A stretch of 64,000 nucleotides of DNA from positions 2,912,001 to 2,976,000 of the forward strand of contig OY759353.1 in assembly GCA_963662315.1 (NCBI GenBank), read 5' to 3'. The notes under the pieces are model-generated. The model was not told the origin of the DNA. It made no database searches and was given only the letters and a program-made list of their open reading frames with translations. This document shows positions 61,492-64,000 of this stretch, in pieces (within the stretch, counting starts at the first letter, position 1; each line of letters begins with the position of its first letter). This stretch comes from Geopsychrobacteraceae bacterium (lineage in GTDB: Bacteria > Desulfobacterota > Desulfuromonadia > Desulfuromonadales > Geopsychrobacteraceae). The position numbers were made by a program, and so were the translations under genes.

Positions 61492-61917
61492 ATGAATATC
61501 TACAAAAACCAGACCAGTAAACCCCTTTCACAATTTGTCACTGACTTTACCGCATCCCTCTCCACCTGCGGTTTTTTAGTTCACAACGCCGATAAAATGG
61601 CTATGGCACACCTGTTCGGCCAACATGGCATTAGTGCTCCTGGCGATTTTGATCTGCATATGCTGCAACTGTGTAAACCTGAAAAAGCGTCAAAAAGCCT
61701 GTTTAAAAATCCTGAGCGCTCAGTATTAATGCCCAAATTTGTTATGCTATTTACAAAAAATGGGATGACTCAGATCCGTTTTCTGCACTATTCACCGGAT
61801 GCGGTTCGCAGTTTAATCGATGACGACGTATTCCCACAATCTCTGGAAGAAACATTCGCCACCATCATCACCATGATCGAAGAGAACATACCTGTGACAT
61901 TAAAGGAGGCCTGTTGA
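61492..61917 (+). CDS. DUF302-like protein
   Basis: AAGGAGG RBS; LCKPEKA...LMP pattern. Confidence 0.65.
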   Translation: MNIYKNQTSKPLSQFVTDFTASLSTCGFLVHNADKMAMAHLFGQHGISAPGDFDLHMLQLCKPEKASKSLFKNPERSVLMPKFVMLFTKNGMTQIRFLHYSPDAVRSLIDDDVFPQSLEETFATIITMIEENIPVTLKEAC

Positions 61918-61921
61918 GGTC

Positions 61922-62905
61922 ATGTGGACTTACCTGAGTAAGATTAACAAAAATCTGATCATTGCCATACCGGTCATGCTGATCGCCGGTTTTATCTTCG
62001 GCGTGTTTGTAAAAGCAGGATTCCTGAAGAGTCTGATCCTCCCCTTTACGTTCCTGATGGTCTACCCGATGATGGTGACACTGAAGATCAAGCAGGTACT
62101 TGTGGGGGGCGACGCTAAAGCTCAGATTTACACCCAGCTGATCAATTTTGCCATTATTCCCTTTGTTGCCTATGCCGCCGGAAAAGTTTTCTTTCCGGAT
62201 ACCCCCTATATGGCGCTTGGCTTATTGCTGGCAGCCCTGGTTCCAACCAGTGGCATGACCATTTCCTGGACAGGTTTTGCCGGTGGAAATCTGGCGGCAG
62301 CTGTCAAAATGACCGTTGTCGGTTTGATTCTCGGGTCTCTGGCAACGCCTTTTTATATCCAGGCCTTGATGGGAGCTACTGTTGAAGTCAGCCTGACGAA
62401 GGTCTTTCAGCAGATTATTCTGATCGTCTTTTTACCCATGCTGTTTGGTTTTATTACGCAGCGCACTCTGGTCAAACGCTATGGACAGAAGGATTTTCAA
62501 ACCAAGATAGCACCACGCTTTCCGGGCCTTTCGACCATTGGTGTGCTCGGTATCGTGTTTATTGCCATGGCCCTGAAAGCACCATCCATTGCGGCTCATC
62601 CTGAACAATTGATCGGTATCCTGGTTCCGTTGGTGCTGCTCTATGCTTTCAATTATGTTCTGAGCACCTTTGTCGGTCGTGCCCTGCTATCCCGCGGCGA
62701 CGCCATTGCCCTGGTCTATGGCACGGTTATGCGTAACCTGTCCATTGCCCTGGCAGTTGCCATCAATGCCTTTGGTACTGCCGGATCGGATGCGGCCCTG
62801 GTTATCGCTCTGGCTTACGTTATTCAGGTTCAATCAGCGGCCTGGTATGTGAAATTGACGGATCGGATTTTCGGCGGGAAAGAAGCTGTTGCGCAAGCAA
62901 CATAA
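61922..62905 (+). CDS. ACR3/SBF (BART superfamily) transporter
   Basis: MVYPMM, PTSGMTISWT and RNLSIALA motifs. Confidence 0.8.
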   Translation: MWTYLSKINKNLIIAIPVMLIAGFIFGVFVKAGFLKSLILPFTFLMVYPMMVTLKIKQVLVGGDAKAQIYTQLINFAIIPFVAYAAGKVFFPDTPYMALGLLLAALVPTSGMTISWTGFAGGNLAAAVKMTVVGLILGSLATPFYIQALMGATVEVSLTKVFQQIILIVFLPMLFGFITQRTLVKRYGQKDFQTKIAPRFPGLSTIGVLGIVFIAMALKAPSIAAHPEQLIGILVPLVLLYAFNYVLSTFVGRALLSRGDAIALVYGTVMRNLSIALAVAINAFGTAGSDAALVIALAYVIQVQSAAWYVKLTDRIFGGKEAVAQAT

Positions 62906-62950
62906 AGAGAGCTTTTGACTGTTCAATACATCAAAAATGCGTAGCATTTA

Positions 62951-63145
62951 TGCGGTTCTGGCCATCAGGCGCGGTTTGAGCCGTCGGCCGGCCACTTGAC
63001 TGCTGATTGCTCCCTAAAAGATACCGACGCCTGAACACGAACATATTAAAGGTCAAAATAACTGACGACAATCAATATGAACGACCTTCTGTCGTAGCCA
63101 GACGAAATGAACAGACAGCCCACGGCGCTTCGTGCCTAACGGGCG
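62951..63145. repeat. Diverged copy D of the structured repeat
   Basis: Starts tgcggttctggccatcaggcgcg...gccgtcggccgg. Also has ggtcaa..taactgacga and cagcccacg...ctaa.gggc, as in 4420-4520. Confidence 0.7.
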
Positions 63146-63263
63146 AAAATCTGTCGTGAGTAGTTGAGTCTTCACGTGTTTCCTCAATAAAAACAGGCAG
63201 GACCCTCCCGAAAAACACTGGGGAAATCCTGCCTGTTTAATCCATGCTAAATATCTATAAATA

Positions 63264-64000
63264 CTAGCGCAGCAACTTCCAGGTCGTCCCCTCACGACTG
63301 TCAAGCAACTCAATCCCCTTGGCAGCCAAAGCATCACGAATCTCATCCGACTTGGCAAAATCTTTATCTTGGCGCGCCTGCAGCCGGGCAGCTATCTGCG
63401 CTTCGATCTCATCAGCGGTGATATCGAGTTTCGCCAGTCCTGTCATTTTAACCCGCTCCAGCCAAACTGCCGGTTCCGACAAGAATAACCCCAGCACTTC
63501 ATGGCCAAGCCGCAGGATGGTTGCATGAAGATCACGCACCTGTGCAACCAGATCGGCTTTCTTGGCAAATTTTTTGGTCATGATCAGGCGGTTGAGAGTC
63601 CGCACCCCTTCAAACAGATGGGCAATGGCCTGGGCGGTGTTGAAGTCATCATCCATCGCCTCGCGGAACTTCTGTTCCAGCTGTGCCCCTTCACTGCTAT
63701 CTTCCGATGCTTCAGGAGCGTCCGCTACCGCTTTGCTGGCTGCCTCCAGAGCTTCATAGAAACGACTCAGGCCACTTTGCGCTTCCATCAAATTCTGATC
63801 AGAGAAATCAATGGGTGAACGATATTGCGACGTCAGAATAAAGAAGCGCACCACTTCTGCATCATAGGTTTTCAGAATATCGCGGATGGTAAAAAAGTTG
63901 CCGAGGGACTTGCTCATTTTCTCCTGATTGACGTTAACGAAACCATTGTGCAGCCAATACTTGGCAAACGGCTTGCCGCTGGCACCTTCGCTTTGAGCGA
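63264..64000 (-). CDS. cysS: Cysteinyl-tRNA synthetase (5'-partial)
   Basis: YWLHNGFV, KMSKSLGNF, MDDDFNT and SDEIRDAL motifs. Confidence 0.96.
   Translation of the reverse strand, partial: AQSEGASGKPFAKYWLHNGFVNVNQEKMSKSLGNFFTIRDILKTYDAEVVRFFILTSQYRSPIDFSDQNLMEAQSGLSRFYEALEAASKAVADAPEASEDSSEGAQLEQKFREAMDDDFNTAQAIAHLFEGVRTLNRLIMTKKFAKKADLVAQVRDLHATILRLGHEVLGLFLSEPAVWLERVKMTGLAKLDITADEIEAQIAARLQARQDKDFAKSDEIRDALAAKGIELLDSREGTTWKLLR

Overview
Bacterial chromosomal window; gene content and the BirA box type suggest a Desulfuromonadales/Geobacterales-like deltaproteobacterium (inference). It opens with the end of a TRAP operon. A decaying accessory island follows (about 3.0-15.6 kb). In it, a 174-bp direct repeat brackets an integrase-less integron-type cassette array: a 152-aa Cys/His protein cassette and a two-gene restriction-modification cassette. 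Both attC sites are interrupted by group IIC intron shells that carry a structured repeat instead of a reverse transcriptase, and both R-M genes are split by near-identical IS1380 copies. Next come a deleted serine resolvase, parD with a deleted parE, and a hipA-HTH pair. The rest is mostly housekeeping: mgtC-like, rbsK, bioB / bioA-bioD-bioF-esterase-bioC with two BirA boxes, a hybrid kinase, a class IV aminotransferase, a radical SAM enzyme, dbpA, oxyR-ahpCF, panE and partial cysS. Two uncharacterised loci stand out. One is an orphan sugar/organic-acid catabolic cluster (35-45 kb). The other is a tightly coupled operon of MoxR AAA+, unknown, HEXXH-VWA, unknown, PaaK/CapK-like adenylating ligase, NadR-like and PnuC genes (49.7-57.7 kb), the best candidate for an undescribed system. 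No rRNA, tRNA or CRISPR array was seen. All calls are from motif reading, with no database search.
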